From: Candidatus Nanosyncoccus sp.
Lineage (GTDB): Bacteria > Patescibacteriota > Saccharimonadia > Saccharimonadales > Saccharimonadaceae
Assembly (NCBI GenBank): GCA_045637565.1
Contig: JAZTZQ010000028.1
Span: 1-48,185, forward strand
DNA: 48,185 bases
Reading direction: 5' to 3'
Positions within the stretch are counted from its first letter, which is position 1, and each line of letters starts with the position of its first letter. The translations under genes were made by a program, and so were the position numbers. Shown here piece by piece: positions 45,499 through 48,185 of this stretch. The notes under the pieces were generated by a model. It did not search any database. It was given only the letters and a program-made list of their open reading frames with translations, and was not told the origin of the DNA.

Positions 45499-46545
45499 AT
45501 GAACTTATTGCATGGCGTGGGCGACTTCTTTTCCTTAGACATAGGAACGAATTCAATGCGAATCGTTCAACTTTCTGGCAATAGCCAGCACGGTTGGACC
45601 TTACTCAAATTCGCATATGTGCCCATTGAACAAAAACTAGTCCAAGATTCATCCGATCTTGGTAAAAAACGTCTTGGTGAGGCAATTTTAGGTGCCGTTA
45701 ATCAAGCTGGCATCAAGACCAAAAACGTAGCACTTGGTTTACCAGCATCTAAAACTTTCACTTCAATTGTTGAGACGGAGACCCTCCCAGACAAAGAACT
45801 CCGAAAAACCTTCAAATACGAAATGGACAAATACGTCCCGATGGCAATGAGCGATGCCAAAGCCGATTATATTGTACTGGGTGTCAGTCCAAATGACCCA
45901 GCCAAAAGCGAAGTACTAGTTTCATCCGTTGCAAAAGATTATGCAGAATCTACCATGGAAATGATCGAAAAAACCGGCCTAAACATTATAGCAATGGAAC
46001 CAGAGCCATTAGCCATGGCCAGAGCACTTAGCACGCCGGGTGCCATTGATGCCACCATGACAGTCGATTTTGGTGAAAACTCTGCCGATATTGTTGTAGT
46101 CTTTAAAAACCAGCCACGCCTCGTTCGCTCGGTCCCAGGAGGTTTTTCCGTGCTCGTTAAAGCTGTCACCAATAGCTTGGGTATCAGGGAAGATCAGGCT
46201 CGACAGTTCATCCTAAAGTTTGGACTCGATCAAACCCAAGCCGACGGTCAAGTTTTCAAAATTCTTAGCGCCCATCTTGAAAGTTTTGCTTCAGAGCTCG
46301 GTAAGTCAATTCGCTTCTTCCAAACAAAATACATCAATGGTAAAGTCGGTGGTATCGTCTTGTCAGGCTATGCCGGCATGATTCCTCTCTTTTCAGAATT
46401 CATCGAAAGCAAGCTCAACATTCCAACTGCCCAGGGCAATCCCTGGCAGTTCGTCCGCACTACGGCTAGCCAACAGCAAGCACTCATGCCAGTAGCGAGC
46501 GAGTTTGCCGTTGCAATTGGCCTATCAGAAAGGAGTAATGACTAA
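45499..46545 (+). CDS. pilM: Type IV pilus assembly protein PilM
   Basis: LDIGTNS, EPEPLAMARAL, VDFG, GG, SIRFF, LSG, NPW, AVAIGL. Confidence 0.92.
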   Translation: MNLLHGVGDFFSLDIGTNSMRIVQLSGNSQHGWTLLKFAYVPIEQKLVQDSSDLGKKRLGEAILGAVNQAGIKTKNVALGLPASKTFTSIVETETLPDKELRKTFKYEMDKYVPMAMSDAKADYIVLGVSPNDPAKSEVLVSSVAKDYAESTMEMIEKTGLNIIAMEPEPLAMARALSTPGAIDATMTVDFGENSADIVVVFKNQPRLVRSVPGGFSVLVKAVTNSLGIREDQARQFILKFGLDQTQADGQVFKILSAHLESFASELGKSIRFFQTKYINGKVGGIVLSGYAGMIPLFSEFIESKLNIPTAQGNPWQFVRTTASQQQALMPVASEFAVAIGLSERSND

Positions 46546-47795
46546 TGGCACGTGAGATTAATCTGGTACCAGATATTAAAAATGAGATGCTTAAGGCGCT
46601 CAAAGTACGCAATTATATTCTATTTTTATCTATCGTTGTGGCAGCCGTCAGTGTTGCTGTTACTGCAATAACGGGCCTCATCATGGGCGGACAGCAGATA
46701 GCTCGTTCAAATAAAGAACAGGCCATCACAGCTCTTTCCAATAAGCTAAACTCTTATACCGACCTAGGTGATTTTCTCACCATCAAAGATCAACTTGGTA
46801 ATATCTCGACCCTGACCGGTAATAAAAAAGTCCTATCTCGCACCTTCAGTATACTGGCCGCCCTATTGCCAACTGGCACCGACACCATTAAAATATCCGA
46901 ACTCAGTGTCAACCTCGAAAACGATAGCCCCACTTTTACTTTCGATGCTCAGGCCAATGCCGGTAAGGAACCATTTATAGACTATAACGTATTAGAGGCT
47001 TTCAAGAAAAGCATGGCATACATGAGATATGATTTCGGCAATTATGTTGATAGTAATAATAATACTATTCCGGCCTACTGTATCATAGAAAATGGTTCAG
47101 ACGGTAGCCTCCTCAATGATCCCGACCGTGGTATTTATGCTTATTGGACCATCAATGCCGAAGGCTGTAATCCGGCGCAAACAAACCAATCAACCAGCTC
47201 GACCGATACTAGCTCAGCCAATAATACTTCCTATCCTGAAGAAGATTACGAGGGACAAAGAGTTGTTCGTATTTGGCGAACCCCACAGTTTAATGAATGG
47301 TATAAGTCGCAACCAGTCGATGGTCAACCTTACATGAGCCTCGATGGTACCATTTCAAATGTTCCGCATTTCGTTAGCTCTTGCATTACATACTCAGGTG
47401 ACAATAGTCAGGGTGATCCTAAATGGACCGAGACCAACGACTCGTGTCTTCTAGTCCCAGGCAGTCAAAACGAACAAGGTGAATCAACGGGTATTCAAAT
47501 CAATGATTCCTCAAATGGTCGCGGCGAAGACGAAGAACTCGTCCTGCGCTTCTCCGCAGTCATTTCACTCAACCCAGCAGTTTATAATTTCAATAACCAC
47601 CACGTCATTCCTATCCCACCGACAGGACGTCGTAACGTGACTGACTCTTATCTCCAGGTGCAAGCTATGTTTAGTGAAAGAGCGGTTGACTGTGCAGAGG
47701 GTGATAAGGCTTGTCTCGAAGCACCTACACAAAACAACAACCAAGACACCACGAACAATAACTCGAATACAAACGGAGGTCAACAAAATGGCTAA
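46545..47795 (+). CDS. PilN-like protein with large insertion
   Basis: N-terminal EINLVPD motif, TM, coiled coil; directly after pilM. Confidence 0.7.
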   Translation: MAREINLVPDIKNEMLKALKVRNYILFLSIVVAAVSVAVTAITGLIMGGQQIARSNKEQAITALSNKLNSYTDLGDFLTIKDQLGNISTLTGNKKVLSRTFSILAALLPTGTDTIKISELSVNLENDSPTFTFDAQANAGKEPFIDYNVLEAFKKSMAYMRYDFGNYVDSNNNTIPAYCIIENGSDGSLLNDPDRGIYAYWTINAEGCNPAQTNQSTSSTDTSSANNTSYPEEDYEGQRVVRIWRTPQFNEWYKSQPVDGQPYMSLDGTISNVPHFVSSCITYSGDNSQGDPKWTETNDSCLLVPGSQNEQGESTGIQINDSSNGRGEDEELVLRFSAVISLNPAVYNFNNHHVIPIPPTGRRNVTDSYLQVQAMFSERAVDCAEGDKACLEAPTQNNNQDTTNNNSNTNGGQQNG

Positions 47796-48185
47796 AGAAG
47801 TTGCAATTGGCAAAAGAGCAAAAATCAGCGAAGCACAGCAGTATATGCTCCTATCAGTTCTCGTAGCAGCGATCTTTCTAGGTGTTGCCATTTCGCTCAC
47901 TAGCCATTTTGTCAAACAAATAATGTTCAACATGGATGTTATCTCTGCACAGGACGAATCCATCGCCAACTACTCCAAAATCATCAAAGAGACTGGCGCG
48001 TGTCCTAAACCCAGTGGCGACACATATTCCGACGAAGAACTTAAAAAATGTGATCCCAACAACGTTGGCATATCACAAATACCAGGCACCCTTCCCTCGA
48101 ACATACTCGAAGATCTCGCCGCAAATAGTGCATTAAACTCCGTACCCAGCGAGACTGGTAGCAATTGTCGCAACCCAGAGACCGG
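47788..48185 (+). CDS. PilO-like protein (partial, runs off the window)
   Basis: ggagg RBS, MAKEVAIGKRAKISEAQQYMLLSVLVAAIFLG... open to the window end; operon position. Confidence 0.6.
   Translation, partial: MAKEVAIGKRAKISEAQQYMLLSVLVAAIFLGVAISLTSHFVKQIMFNMDVISAQDESIANYSKIIKETGACPKPSGDTYSDEELKKCDPNNVGISQIPGTLPSNILEDLAANSALNSVPSETGSNCRNPET

Overview
Chromosomal window (standard genetic code) whose gene content and style point to Candidatus Saccharibacteria (Patescibacteria/CPR): VirB2-like CPR pilins, a pilMNO operon, rpsF-ssb-rpsR-efp, femAB, and many leaderless extended -10 promoters. This taxonomy is an inference. Housekeeping genes (rlmD-like, murE, valS, rlmH, tsaD, ftsK, P-type ATPase, ABC transporter, 4 tRNAs) are mixed with surface and cell-wall genes. 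Two signals stand out. (1) Eight long structured hairpin elements, all built from tandem G.A mismatches that form only on the + strand. Four are copies of one covarying three-way-junction motif with AACG loops, inserted in-frame in rlmD and three times in valS. A larger relative sits in-frame in the ATPase, and three more are intergenic next to promoters. No mobilising enzyme is visible in the window. (2) A 2830-aa surface protein with five FISUMP/CLec-like modules, two of which carry internal segments with the codon signature of DGR variable regions apparently derived from two different templates; no RT or TR was seen in the window. Also notable are two pilin-cysteine-hydrolase fusions, an IS1634-like remnant beside three DnaA-box matches, a doubly frameshifted DUF3137-like gene and tRNA-Arg(GCG). 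All calls were made by eye; no searches or folding programs were run.
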